Virus record (IMG/VR): IMGVR_UViG_3300021961_000044 | Coordinates: 28,987 to 92,986 of that record | Length of the DNA stretch: 64,000 bases | Source of the DNA: a virus | Strand: one strand, 5' to 3' | Shown here: piece by piece, positions 31,566 to 41,975 of the stretch | Numbering within the stretch: position 1 is the stretch's first letter | Layout: the number at the start of each line of letters is the position of its first letter | Program-made: the position numbers and the translations under genes | The notes under the pieces: generated by a model | Databases searched by the model: none | Told to the model about the DNA's origin: nothing | The model's input: only the letters and a program-made list of their open reading frames with translations

Positions 31566-32356
31566 TTGAAATTGGTATTGTAGGAAACGGTTTTGTTGGA
31601 AATGCAGTCTATCAAAACTTCAGAGATAAAGTATCAACAAAAGTTTTTGATGTAGACAAGAACAGATCTCTCAATACTTTTGAAGAAATTTTGGAATGTG
31701 ATTACATTTTTCTTTGTTTGCCGACACCAATGAGATTTGGTGGAGAATGTGATGTTTCCATTCTTGACAACTTCTTCGAATCTTTGCCTGATAATGTTCC
31801 AGGCACTTTTATTATCAAATCTACAGTTCCAGTAGGAACTACTAAGAAATATGCTGAAAGGCATAATGTCATTCATAATCCAGAATTTCTTACCGCTAGA
31901 AATGCTGTTCAAGACTTTGCAAATTCGGAAAGAAATGTGATTGGTGGCGATCTTGAATTGTGTCAAGACTTTGCAAGCATGTTCCACACTTGCTTCCCCC
32001 ATATTCCGAATCATATTGTTACTTCTGATGAAAGTGAAACAATTAAATATTTTTCAAATACTTTTCTCGCATATAAAGTTGCATATTTTAATAAGATGTA
32101 TGACTTTTGCGAAAAACATGGAATGAACTACGATGTAGTCTGTGACGGTGTTACTGCTGACAGTAGAATTGGAAAATCACACACAAGAGTCCCTGGAGTG
32201 GATACTGATCGTGGATTTGGAGGAACCTGTTTCCCCAAAGATCTGAATTCCCTCATAGTTCAAATGGAAGAAGTTGGTGTGAACGCTGATATGCTAAAAT
32301 CTGTTTGGGAATACAATCAACAAATACGAAAGGTCATAGACTGGCCAGTTACCTAA
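31562..32356 (+). CDS. UDP-glucose/GDP-mannose dehydrogenase family protein (short form)
   Basis: GNGFVG, LPTP, IKSTVP.GT, NPEFL, GFGGTCFPKD. Confidence 0.88.
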   Translation: MIEIGIVGNGFVGNAVYQNFRDKVSTKVFDVDKNRSLNTFEEILECDYIFLCLPTPMRFGGECDVSILDNFFESLPDNVPGTFIIKSTVPVGTTKKYAERHNVIHNPEFLTARNAVQDFANSERNVIGGDLELCQDFASMFHTCFPHIPNHIVTSDESETIKYFSNTFLAYKVAYFNKMYDFCEKHGMNYDVVCDGVTADSRIGKSHTRVPGVDTDRGFGGTCFPKDLNSLIVQMEEVGVNADMLKSVWEYNQQIRKVIDWPVT

Positions 32357-32560
32357 ATGACTACTCCAAATTGGCAACATCACTCCAAGAAAGAACAAAA
32401 AAGAAAATTAAAACCGCAAGCATTAAGGTCTAGACGCGAAGCGTTAAGACACTTTAAGAAGAAGCACATGGGTCGTCCTAAGGGCGACCTTTCGTCGTAT
32501 TATGGATTCATACGAAACGAGGACCATGATCTCACACGAAATCAAATCTCAACTTGCTAA
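32357..32560 (+). CDS. Small basic hypothetical protein
   Basis: MTTPNWQHHSKKEQKRKLKPQALR... Confidence 0.55.
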   Translation: MTTPNWQHHSKKEQKRKLKPQALRSRREALRHFKKKHMGRPKGDLSSYYGFIRNEDHDLTRNQISTC

Positions 32561-34678
32561 ACTTCTTGCTACGGAAGATCTGATTGTAGAGAATCGTAAG
32601 GTTGAAACGGCACAGTTTAATGTTCATACTCGTGTACTGACTCTTCCTATCTGGAGTAAAGCTAGTAATACTGTATATGATCTTCTTGTTGGACATGAAG
32701 TCGGTCATGCACTTTTTACCCCAGATGAGGATCTTCCAAAAACTATTCCTCACCAATTCATCAATGTAGTTGAAGATGCTCGTATTGAGAAATTGATGAA
32801 ACGAAAGTATCCTGGTCTTGCTAAAACTTTTTTTGGTGGATATAAAGAATTGAACGAAGAAGATTTCTTCAATCTTGAAGATGAAGATATTTCTTCAATG
32901 AATCTTGCTGACCGAGCAAACCTTTTGTTTAAAATCGGCAATCATATTCAGATTCCTATTGAGTCTGGAGAAGAAACTGAAATCATCAATATGATTGAGA
33001 GACTGAAACTTTTACTGATGTTCTCCTCGCAGCAGAAGCACTCTATAAGTTCTGTAAGCAAAAACAGCAGGAAGAAACTAAGATTCCTATAAATTCGCTC
33101 GAATCTCAGCAGAGTGGTGGCAACCAACCTGCCTCTGACTTCTCCGATCAACCTGAGGGTGAGAATGAAAGTGATCAGGAAAAACCTGGTGAAACTGATT
33201 CTTATGGTGGAACAGCTAATAGCGAATCTCCAACAACAACTCCTTCTTCTGCTGGGGATTCTAGTGAACCAGAAGTAAAAACTGCGGAAAGTCTTGAAGA
33301 TAGTTTGAAAAATCTTATCGATTCTGGAGCATGTGACAATGTTTATGTTGAACTTCCAAAATTGAATTTGGATACTGTTATTGCCAGCAACAAAGATGTT
33401 CATAATATCATCAATAGTCATTTTGTTTCTCAACTGAAAAAATGGGAACGATTCGACACAGATGGTAGTCCTTTTGCAGAAAAAGATGCAGAATATCTTT
33501 CATTTAAGAAGTCTGCTCAAAAAGAAGTTAATTATCTTGTAAAAGAATTCGAGTGCCGCAAAGCAGCAGATTCTTATTCTCGTTCTACCACTGCTCGCAC
33601 TGGTATTTTAGATTGCACCAAACTTCACACTTATAAGTATAATGAAGATCTATTCAGGAAAGTTTCCGTTATTCCTGATGGAAAAAATCATGGACTTGTA
33701 TTTGTCCTTGATTGGTCTGGATCTATGGGTCAGGTAATGCTTGACACTATCAAGCAACTCTATAATCTGATTTGGTTTTGTAAGAAAGTTTCTATTCCTT
33801 TTGAAGTATATGCCTTCACATGCGAGTGGAAACGCCCGTTCTATGACGAATTGTTGGACAAGTATACTCCAGCTAATATTCAACCTCACTTTGAAAAGAA
33901 AGAAAATCTTCTGTTAGTTGATGAAACTTTTTGTATGATGAATCTTTTTACTAGCAAAGTAAAGGCAAATCAACTTGAAGACCAAATGCTTAATATTTGG
34001 AGAGTTTCTTGTTATTTTTCAGGTTCTCGTTCTCTTTACACTATTCCAGATCAGTTGTCTCTTTCTGGAACTCCTCTGAATGAGTCTTTGATTGCTCTGC
34101 ATCAAATTCTTCCTAAGTTTCAAAAGGAGAATAAACTTCAAAAAGTCCAATGTGTTATTTTGACTGATGGTGAAGCTAGTCCATTGAATAGAGTTGTATC
34201 TGTTCAACGTGATTGGGAAAAAGAACCTTATCTTGGATCTAGACGTTTGATTCCAGACATTACTTTTGTTCGTGATCGTAAACTTGGAACAACATATAGG
34301 GTGGAATATCAATACCATAAGTTTACAGATCTTCTTCTCAATAATTTGAAAGATAATTTTTCGTATGTTAATTTTATTGGTATTCGTGTTCTTTCTTCCA
34401 GAGATGTGAATTCATTTATTCGTTTGCATTTATCATACGATTCCAAAGAATTTCAAAAAATTCAAACCGATTGGAAAAAGCAAAGAAGTTTTAATATTAA
34501 TAATTCTGGGTATGATGCATACTTCGGAATTTCTGCAACTTCTTTGTCTCAGGATTCTGAATTTGAAGTGAATGATGGTGCAACAAAAGCGCAAATCAAA
34601 TCCGCTTTTGTTAAATCTTTGAAAACAAAAAAACTAAATAAAAAAGTTCTTGGCGAATTTATTTCTTTGGTGGTGTAA
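32526..34678 (+). pseudogene. HExxH metallopeptidase-VWA (MIDAS) protein split by a -1 frameshift near 33000
   Basis: Frame 1 has HEVGH and NVVEDARIE; the -1 frame from ~33000 (ETFTDVLLAAEALYKFCK...) is open into the ORF with DWSGS and LTDGE. Confidence 0.8.
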
Positions 34679-34867
34679 ATGGCAAAGTTTAATTATCCAA
34701 ATTCATCCGAGAAATGTCCGTACTGTGGTGAGAAACAGAAACCTTGTTCGGAAATAACAAGTTTGTCGCGAGCATATGCCCGCGCCGCCTGTAGGAAAAA
34801 ATACAATGGTGTGCCAATCGACAAACTGATTGAAGATGGGCATCCAGACACCAATCCTGACCTATAA
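34679..34867 (+). CDS. Small Cys-rich hypothetical protein
   Basis: CPYC...C...C. Confidence 0.55.
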   Translation: MAKFNYPNSSEKCPYCGEKQKPCSEITSLSRAYARAACRKKYNGVPIDKLIEDGHPDTNPDL

Positions 34868-34890
34868 TAACTTCAGTTCAAAAAAACAAC

Positions 34891-35994
34891 ATGGCAATCT
34901 CTTCTGAGTACATTCGCACTTCTTTAAAAGCAACTTACGGAGAGTCTGTGACTACTGCTGATATTCGTGCATGGTGCGCTTTGAATGATAACAACTATCA
35001 AACCGTTACCAAAAAACTTGAGCAATATAAAACTGGACGTGGTAAGTGGAACCTGACCGTGCAAGAAAAACTTGAGCAAACATATCAATCTCCTGCTGCC
35101 CTTCCTGCTATTGAACAGAATCTCATTCCAGAAAAAGATGAGACTTTCGTCAAGTTTGGCAATTTTGTAGATGTTAAAAAAATTATTCAGTCTCGTCTAT
35201 TTTATCCAACGTTCATTACTGGTCTTTCTGGAAACGGTAAAACCCTCTCTGTTGAACAAGCATGTTCGCAACTCAAGCGAGAACTTATCCGAGTAAATAT
35301 TACAATTGAGACAGATGAAGACGATCTTATTGGCGGTTTCCGTCTTGTTGATGGGGCAACTGTTTGGCATAACGGACCTGTCATTGAAGCACTCCAGCGA
35401 GGAGCAATCTTGCTACTCGATGAAATTGACCTTGCTAGCAATAAAATCCTCTGTCTCCAGTCCATTCTCGAAGGTAAAGGTGTGTTTTTGAAAAAAATTG
35501 GTCGTTGGGTAAAACCTGCTTCTGGTTTTAATGTGATGGCTACTGCAAACACCAAAGGCAAAGGTTCTGATGATGGTCGCTTTATCGGAACTAATGTTCT
35601 CAATGAGGCATTCTTGGAGAGGTTCCCCGTAACGTTTGAACAGTCCTACCCTGCTCCTGCCATTGAACAGAAGATCCTGGAAGGTGTCGCTCTGGACCTT
35701 GGCGTAGAAGACCGTGACTTCTGCAAGCGTCTGGTTGACTGGGCAGACATTATCCGCAAAACCTTTTTTGATGGTGGCATCGAAGAAATCATTTCTACCC
35801 GCCGCTTGGTTCACATTATTCGTGCTTACAGCATCTTCAATGATAAAGCAAAAGCGATTAACGTTTGTGTAAATCGTTTTGATGATGAAACCAAACAAGC
35901 CTTCATGGAACTGTATGATAAAGTTGATATTGACTTTCAGATGCCCTCTGAGGATCAACAAAAAGAATGCCTTGACTCTCACAACTTCTCTTGA
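34891..35994 (+). CDS. cobS: MoxR/CobS-like AAA+ ATPase
   Basis: GLSGNGKT, LLDEID, ATANTKG, NEAFLERF, ISTRRL. Confidence 0.9.
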   Translation: MAISSEYIRTSLKATYGESVTTADIRAWCALNDNNYQTVTKKLEQYKTGRGKWNLTVQEKLEQTYQSPAALPAIEQNLIPEKDETFVKFGNFVDVKKIIQSRLFYPTFITGLSGNGKTLSVEQACSQLKRELIRVNITIETDEDDLIGGFRLVDGATVWHNGPVIEALQRGAILLLDEIDLASNKILCLQSILEGKGVFLKKIGRWVKPASGFNVMATANTKGKGSDDGRFIGTNVLNEAFLERFPVTFEQSYPAPAIEQKILEGVALDLGVEDRDFCKRLVDWADIIRKTFFDGGIEEIISTRRLVHIIRAYSIFNDKAKAINVCVNRFDDETKQAFMELYDKVDIDFQMPSEDQQKECLDSHNFS

Positions 35995-36000
35995 TATAAT
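35972..36000 (+). promoter_or_regulatory. sigma70-type promoter
   Basis: TTGACT-N17-TATAAT. Confidence 0.75.
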
Positions 36001-36597
36001 ATGACTAAACTAGTGGAACTATTGAATGACTCCATGTCTAATCTAAACAATGATACAATCACCATTCTTGGTGGAACTAACCCAATCGTTTCTTGTTCTA
36101 ATGATGATACCTCTCAAGCATGTAAAGAATCGTGGAATGATTTTTGGGAACAAGATGGTATTAGCTTAACTGGAAACCCTTTCTCGTCATATTCATATGA
36201 CTCTTATGGTTTAATCTCTCCTATTAACTCCGCAGACACTATTAGTTTCGTTATGAATGATAATGTTCCAGATCTTCCTTCAGCACCTACAAATGACAAT
36301 GGTTTCTGGAAGTATCATGAGGATGTGATTCTCAAGGAAGTGCGAGATTATCTCAGTGGAACATATCGTTCTCACTATGCTTCTGCTGAATCTAAAACTC
36401 AAACTCTCGACTTGATTGAATCTGTTGGTGATGCAGAACCATTCTGTCGTTCTAATGCAATTAAATATCTCTCTCGTTTTGGTAAAAAGGGTGGAAAGTC
36501 TAAACAGGACATCTTGAAAGCAATTCACTACTGCATTCTTCTCTATCACTTTGCTGGACTTTGTAATGAAAATAAGGAACCCTATGAAACTTTCTGA
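36001..36597 (+). CDS. DUF3310-like protein (true start probably downstream)
   Basis: WKYHED, TY.SHY, FCRSNAIKY.SR.GKK, DILKAIHY. Confidence 0.75.
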   Translation: MTKLVELLNDSMSNLNNDTITILGGTNPIVSCSNDDTSQACKESWNDFWEQDGISLTGNPFSSYSYDSYGLISPINSADTISFVMNDNVPDLPSAPTNDNGFWKYHEDVILKEVRDYLSGTYRSHYASAESKTQTLDLIESVGDAEPFCRSNAIKYLSRFGKKGGKSKQDILKAIHYCILLYHFAGLCNENKEPYETF

Positions 36598-37249
36598 TAA
36601 AACTCTAAATCTTCTCAAAAACTTTTGCACCATTAATCAATCTATTCTTTTTAGGAAGGGAAATAAACTTCGCACTATTTCCGTGATGAAGAATATCCTT
36701 GCAGAGGCAGAAATTTCTGAAGATCTTCCAAAAGACTTTGGTGTTTATGAACTTAATAAATTTTTGACTCTGATGTCACTTTGTCAGACTCCAGAAATCG
36801 ACTTTGCTAACAGTGGTCACCTTCTAATTAAAGATGGCAACAGAACTTCTAAGTTTTTCTTTGCAGATCCAAATGTAATTGTGACTCCCCCCGAAAAAGA
36901 AATTGAGTTTCCTGCTGCAGATGTAATTTTTGATCTATCTACATCTGACCTTGAGACGTTACTTAAAGCAGCAAGCGTAATCGATGCTCCAGATCTTTCT
37001 GCCATTGGGGATGGTTCTTCCATTAAACTGGTTGTTAGGGACAAGAAGAATCCAACTTCCAATGACTTCTCTATTGTTGCTGGAGAAACTGACAAAACTT
37101 TTACTTGTAATTTCAAGGTGGAAAATATTAAGATTCTTCCAGGAAATTATACCGTAACAATCTCAAGTAAACTACTGTCTCTCTTTTCCTCAACTAAACA
37201 AAATCTCAAATATTACATTGCTCTTGAACCAGATTCTACCTTTGAATGA
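36584..37249 (+). CDS. gp45: Sliding clamp gp45
   Basis: MKLS..TL.LLKNF..INQSI, FGVYEL..FL, YYIALE. Confidence 0.95.
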   Translation: MKLSDKTLNLLKNFCTINQSILFRKGNKLRTISVMKNILAEAEISEDLPKDFGVYELNKFLTLMSLCQTPEIDFANSGHLLIKDGNRTSKFFFADPNVIVTPPEKEIEFPAADVIFDLSTSDLETLLKAASVIDAPDLSAIGDGSSIKLVVRDKKNPTSNDFSIVAGETDKTFTCNFKVENIKILPGNYTVTISSKLLSLFSSTKQNLKYYIALEPDSTFE

Positions 37250-37704
37250 TGAAAGACTGGAACACTATTTTCAATAACTTGTCTGATTCTGAAAAGGACA
37301 AAGTTGCCGTCCTTCGTGTGATGGAATGTGCTAATGGTGTTATGCAACATGCTTATAGAGGGAAGCAAATCTTTGCCTATTCTACCTATGAGACTCGCAA
37401 GGCAATGAAGTTCAGTATGTCTTGCATGAAGAGGATGGAAATTCCCCTGAAGGAAGAAACCATTTCATTTGAACCAGAAACAGAAAAACTATTGAGGGAA
37501 GTTAGAGAACTTTATATCAGTGGTTTTAAAAACGGAAACGATGATGATTTCAATGAGTTTATGATTGTTTCTGGTGCATGTATTCGTGCTCTTGGACAAG
37601 ACAGAATTGTTAAGGCAAAAGACATTCTGGCACAAAACATCACCGATATTCCACTTCAGGCATTAGACTGGGGTGTAAGATATATCAACCAGTTCTTCCA
37701 ATGA
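37246..37704 (+). CDS. Hypothetical protein
   Basis: 152-aa ORF coupled to gp45. Confidence 0.65.
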   Translation: MMKDWNTIFNNLSDSEKDKVAVLRVMECANGVMQHAYRGKQIFAYSTYETRKAMKFSMSCMKRMEIPLKEETISFEPETEKLLREVRELYISGFKNGNDDDFNEFMIVSGACIRALGQDRIVKAKDILAQNITDIPLQALDWGVRYINQFFQ

Positions 37705-38228
37705 ATATCTTTGTGACTTCTCCTAACCCCTGGGAATCTGCCAGGGTTCTTCCTGATAAACATATTGTCAAGATGCCTCTAGAGACTTGTCAGATGCTTG
37801 CTATTGTTGCTTCTGATAAATGGGGTTATGGATTTGGCACCCTTCCCAAAGCAGATGGTACTCCCTATGCTACTGAGAAGGGTGCTTTTCGTAATCATCC
37901 ATGTACTATTTGGGCAAAAGAGTTTGTAAATAACTGGCAGTGGTTAATTCAGCATGGCATTGCATTATGCGATGAATATAAACTTCGCTATGGAAAACAC
38001 CATACATGCTTTAAAACTCTTATAGAGGCAAAGAATATTTTTCCTACTGCAGATCCTCAAGGACGTAGTGGAAAAGAAACTACGCCATTTGTAAGGGCTA
38101 TGCCAGACGAATATAAACTTGATACAAGCATCGATACATTTACCGCTTACAAAATGTATATTGCTTCTAAACCATGGGTGTGCAATAATTATATTCGTAT
38201 GCCCCAGCGTAAACCTGATTGGATTTGA
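37701..38228 (+). CDS. Pyrimidine-dimer DNA glycosylase / DenV-like family protein
   Basis: MNIF...DKHIVKMPLE..QML, NHPCT.W, EY..RYGK.H, AMPDEYK. Confidence 0.75.
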   Translation: MNIFVTSPNPWESARVLPDKHIVKMPLETCQMLAIVASDKWGYGFGTLPKADGTPYATEKGAFRNHPCTIWAKEFVNNWQWLIQHGIALCDEYKLRYGKHHTCFKTLIEAKNIFPTADPQGRSGKETTPFVRAMPDEYKLDTSIDTFTAYKMYIASKPWVCNNYIRMPQRKPDWI

Positions 38229-38230
38229 TT

Positions 38231-39178
38231 ATGAGTCGTGATGAATTTCTTTGGGTGGAGAAATACCGTCCCAAAACTATTGAAGATTGTATTCTCCCCG
38301 AGAATATAAAAAAGACATTTAAAGAGTTCCTACATAAAGGAGAAGTGCCAAATCTTCTTCTTTCTGGACCTGCTGGTTGTGGAAAGACTACTGTAGCAAA
38401 AGCGCTGTGTAATGAACTAGGAGTAGATGTTTATGTCATCAATGGATCCGACGAAGGTAGATTCCTTGATACTGTCCGAAACAATGCGAAGAACTTCGCT
38501 TCGACCGTCTCACTTGCTTCGACTGCAAAACACAAAGTCATCATCATTGATGAGGCAGATAACACAACAAACGACGTACAACTCCTCCTACGGGCGTCTA
38601 TTGAGGAGTTTAGTGGCAACTGCCGCTTCATCTTCACTTGCAACTACAAGAACAAGATCATCGAACCACTTCACTCCCGTTGTGCAGTCATCGACTTTGG
38701 AATTGGTGGAAAACAAAAACCTGCTATCGCAGCTTCTTTCTATAAAAGAATCCAAGATATCTTGGATAAAGAAAGTATTGAATATGATTCAAAAGTTCTC
38801 GTCGAACTCATTAACAAGCATTTCCCCGATTGGAGACGAGTCCTTAATGAGTGCCAACGTTATTCGTCGGGAGGAAAAATCGATGCTGGCATTCTTGCAC
38901 ATTTCTCTGATGTAGCTATCAATGATCTTCTTAAAAACCTTAAAGAAAAGAACTTCCCTGAAGTTCGGAAGTGGGTGGTATCTAATTTGGACAATGATAC
39001 TACTGTACTTATGCGGCGTGTTTACGATGCTCTTTATAGCGCCCTTGAAAACAATAGCATTCCTGCTGCTGTGCTTGTTCTTGCTAAGTATCAGTACCAG
39101 TCTGCGTTTGTGGCGGATCAGGAAATAAATATTCTGGCTTGCTTGACTGAAATTATGGTAGAGTGTAACTTCAAATGA
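38231..39178 (+). CDS. gp44: Clamp loader large subunit gp44
   Basis: LWVEKYRP, GPAGCGKT, IIDEAD, PLHSRC. Confidence 0.96.
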   Translation: MSRDEFLWVEKYRPKTIEDCILPENIKKTFKEFLHKGEVPNLLLSGPAGCGKTTVAKALCNELGVDVYVINGSDEGRFLDTVRNNAKNFASTVSLASTAKHKVIIIDEADNTTNDVQLLLRASIEEFSGNCRFIFTCNYKNKIIEPLHSRCAVIDFGIGGKQKPAIAASFYKRIQDILDKESIEYDSKVLVELINKHFPDWRRVLNECQRYSSGGKIDAGILAHFSDVAINDLLKNLKEKNFPEVRKWVVSNLDNDTTVLMRRVYDALYSALENNSIPAAVLVLAKYQYQSAFVADQEINILACLTEIMVECNFK

Positions 39179-39438
39179 AAAACAAAAAACTCAAAGCATT
39201 GATACAAAAACCCTTGAGGTTTCATCATCAGGATATTCATGAAGAGATTGATGAACTTAAAAAACATCAAGTCAAATCTAAGTGGTATTATATTTTCTGG
39301 GGAATTGCAACACTATCTGTTGTTTTTGGGCAAATTTATGTTGGAACTGGATATCGTTTAATGGCAGATAGTTTCAACAGAATGATTAATCTTACAATTC
39401 AGGGAATTGATCAATCAAACAATATGAATGGAATTTAA
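39175..39438 (+). CDS. Hypothetical membrane protein
   Basis: One hydrophobic segment WYYIFWGIATLSVVFGQIYVG. Confidence 0.6.
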   Translation: MKNKKLKALIQKPLRFHHQDIHEEIDELKKHQVKSKWYYIFWGIATLSVVFGQIYVGTGYRLMADSFNRMINLTIQGIDQSNNMNGI

Positions 39439-39439
39439 A

Positions 39440-39736
39440 ATGGAAATTAATGTAAAACTTATTCGTATAGTTACTGGAGAAGAAGTAGTTGCAGAACTAG
39501 TCTCAGAAACAGAAAGCACTATTACACTGAAAAACGGTCTTGTAGTCCTCCCAACAAATACTGGCGTAGGATTTGCCCCTTGGGCAACTGTAATTGATCA
39601 GGACAATCCAGAAATTACAGTGTCTAAAAATCACGTTGTATATATTGTTTCGGTTCAAGAAGACGTTGCCAATAAGTACAACGAAATGTTTGGAAGTAAA
39701 ATCGTTACCCCAAGTAAAAAGAAACTCATTGTATAA
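39440..39736 (+). CDS. Conserved hypothetical protein (Sm-like)
   Basis: VKLIRIVTGEEVVAE, GFAPW. Confidence 0.7.
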   Translation: MEINVKLIRIVTGEEVVAELVSETESTITLKNGLVVLPTNTGVGFAPWATVIDQDNPEITVSKNHVVYIVSVQEDVANKYNEMFGSKIVTPSKKKLIV

Positions 39737-39799
39737 ATAGATCTAAGGGATTGTAACACACACGCACACTCCCACAAGTACAATTACCAGTATAGAATA

Positions 39800-40129
39800 A
39801 TGTCAAACGCATATGAGTTGCGGTTGGAACTTTTTCGCGAAGCCCGCGATTATTTGACCAGCCTCTATGATAGAAATGTTTTAGAATGGGATCGACTTAA
39901 TCAAGAAAAACTTGATATTGAAAATAAGTATCAGCAAGATTGGAGTCGATGGTCTGAATTAAAAGAAGAAGGAAAAGCAACAGCAGAAGATTGTCCAATT
40001 TGTCCAGATCCAATTAAACTTCCAGAGTATCCCGAGTATCCATCTAAGTATGAAATTCTTAAGATGGCAGCTTTTATTAAAAGTTTTACTGACGGAGATC
40101 TTAAAAAAGAAGAGGAAGAATTGAGATGA
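39800..40129 (+). CDS. Hypothetical protein
   Basis: AYELRLELF...YPS..EIL; TATAAATA at 39732. Confidence 0.65.
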   Translation: MSNAYELRLELFREARDYLTSLYDRNVLEWDRLNQEKLDIENKYQQDWSRWSELKEEGKATAEDCPICPDPIKLPEYPEYPSKYEILKMAAFIKSFTDGDLKKEEEELR

Positions 40130-40797
40130 AGAACGAATATAAAACACTAATATTTGTAGATAAACCACATCCTTGGTATTCTATTGATAATTCTGGCAAT
40201 CTTGTTTGTCACCTTATAAATTCAAAAAGAATTGGTGCTAGGGATAGTCTTGGGAGAATCTTGGGTGGATCTTCCCGTCCTCCTCAATACGATCCTAGTC
40301 ATCGTTCTGTTGTTAAATGGAGTAAAAGATATAATCCAGATGGATCATTGAAATGTTTGTATAAAAAGTTAGTTTTTCCTGAAAAGTTTTTCGAAGGAAC
40401 TATTTACGATGGTCATGATTATCAAAAAAGTGGAGATCATACCATTACAAAACAAATTATGATGCATCAAGCTGTAATGTGGACATTTCGAAATATTGAC
40501 GAAAATCCTCCAGTTGATTTTAATGAAGAACAAAAAGAAGAATGGAAACACACTCCTACATCAATAAAGATGTATATGCTAACCCTTTTGCATATAAATC
40601 ATAAAGAACATGATCCATCTATAAATTTTATTGATTTGGATAATCCTAATAATGACTCTCTAGAATATTGTTCTCCCAAATGGAACACTAGACAAGCTGT
40701 AAAACAGTATGGAGGTCATGTTTCCAATAAAGGTAAAATGATGGACCTTATAGATAATAAGGTTAAAATAACTCCAATTGAATTATTATTTTCATGA
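40126..40797 (+). CDS. Putative HNH homing endonuclease (divergent)
   Basis: Y.IDNSG N-term; HQAVMWTF; INHKEHD...NN..LEY....N. Confidence 0.55.
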   Translation: MKNEYKTLIFVDKPHPWYSIDNSGNLVCHLINSKRIGARDSLGRILGGSSRPPQYDPSHRSVVKWSKRYNPDGSLKCLYKKLVFPEKFFEGTIYDGHDYQKSGDHTITKQIMMHQAVMWTFRNIDENPPVDFNEEQKEEWKHTPTSIKMYMLTLLHINHKEHDPSINFIDLDNPNNDSLEYCSPKWNTRQAVKQYGGHVSNKGKMMDLIDNKVKITPIELLFS

Positions 40798-41648
40798 TGA
40801 AACAACTTAAGACTCCTTTGAGATATCCTGGTGGAAAATCTCGCGCCTGCTCCAAATTAGATCTATATCTTCCAGATTTGAGAGATTTTAAAGAATTTCG
40901 TGAACCATTTTTGGGAGGAGGAAGTGTATCTATTCACATAACCAAAAAATATCCAGATCTAAACATATGGGTCAACGATTTGTATGAACCACTAATAAAT
41001 TTTTGGAAGACGTTGCAGGATCAGGGAGAAGAACTTCAAGAACAACTTTTAAAACTGAAATCTGGTCACGATAATCCGACCAAAGCAAAATATCTTTTTC
41101 TTCAGTCAAAGGAATATCTTTCAGAAGATCTAAAAAAATGTGATAATTTGAATCGTGCTGTTAGTTTTTATGTTGTGAACAAATGTTCCTTTTCTGGTCT
41201 TACTGAAGCTTCGTCTTTTAGTCCTCAAGCATCTATGAATAATTTCACAGTAAGGGGAATTGAAAAACTGACAGGGTATCAAGAACTAATTAAAAACTGG
41301 CGTATAACTAACTTACCATACCAGCATCTCCTTACTGATGATAAGGCAGTATTTACTTATCTTGATCCTCCTTACGATATTAAGGACAACCTCTATGGGC
41401 GTAAAGGATCAATGCACAAAGGATTTGATCACGATACTTTTGCTGTCGATTGTGACTGCTTTGTTGGTCCTCAACTGATTTCATATAATTCTTCTCAATT
41501 AGTCAAAGAGAGGTTTAAAGATTATGAGGTAAGTGAATTTGATCTCACATATACTATGCGTTCTGTCGGTGAATATATGAGGGAACAGCAGGATCGTAAA
41601 GAACTTGTTCTTACTAACTATGCAATGGTACTAGCAAATGAAATGTGA
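40794..41648 (+). CDS. dam: DNA adenine methyltransferase (Dam/D12 class)
   Basis: LRYPGGKS, EPFLGGGS, YLDPPY. Confidence 0.92.
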   Translation: MMKQLKTPLRYPGGKSRACSKLDLYLPDLRDFKEFREPFLGGGSVSIHITKKYPDLNIWVNDLYEPLINFWKTLQDQGEELQEQLLKLKSGHDNPTKAKYLFLQSKEYLSEDLKKCDNLNRAVSFYVVNKCSFSGLTEASSFSPQASMNNFTVRGIEKLTGYQELIKNWRITNLPYQHLLTDDKAVFTYLDPPYDIKDNLYGRKGSMHKGFDHDTFAVDCDCFVGPQLISYNSSQLVKERFKDYEVSEFDLTYTMRSVGEYMREQQDRKELVLTNYAMVLANEM

Positions 41649-41778
41649 AGTTACGCTTTATGTTGCGGGCAAAGTCTTCAAAGAAGAAGTATATGCCCGC
41701 GATTATCAAGAAGCAAGACAAGTTGCTCTTGCTAGAAATCCAAACGCAAAGGTAGTTGGAGTCACTGCTAAGTTATGA
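41638..41778 (+). CDS. Small hypothetical protein (46 aa, not in ORF track)
   Basis: MKCEVTLYVAGKVFKEEVYARDYQEARQVALARNPNAKVVGVTAKL; overlaps both neighbours. Confidence 0.7.
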   Translation: MKCEVTLYVAGKVFKEEVYARDYQEARQVALARNPNAKVVGVTAKL

Positions 41779-41975
41779 TTTGGAGACTATGGTGCTATGC
41801 CCTTGGGAGAAAAGAGGGTAGGAGTGATCGAGAGGCAAATATTATTGCCATAATGAGAACTTTTATATTATTATTGTATATGATTACAAACTTTTTTATT
41901 ATTGCTGGAGTGGTGAGGCATTGGAATGATGGAATACGAACTGAAGGATTGGTTGAATTCAATAAACTTCAATAA
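41775..41975 (+). CDS. Small membrane protein
   Basis: WRLWCYALG.K.G..D.EA; one TM segment. Confidence 0.6.
   Translation: MIWRLWCYALGRKEGRSDREANIIAIMRTFILLLYMITNFFIIAGVVRHWNDGIRTEGLVEFNKLQ

Noticed and set aside
34891-35994. cobS as a cobalamin-synthesis auxiliary gene
   Set aside because: No cobN or other cob genes; context with a VWA partner fits a MoxR-type chaperone pair
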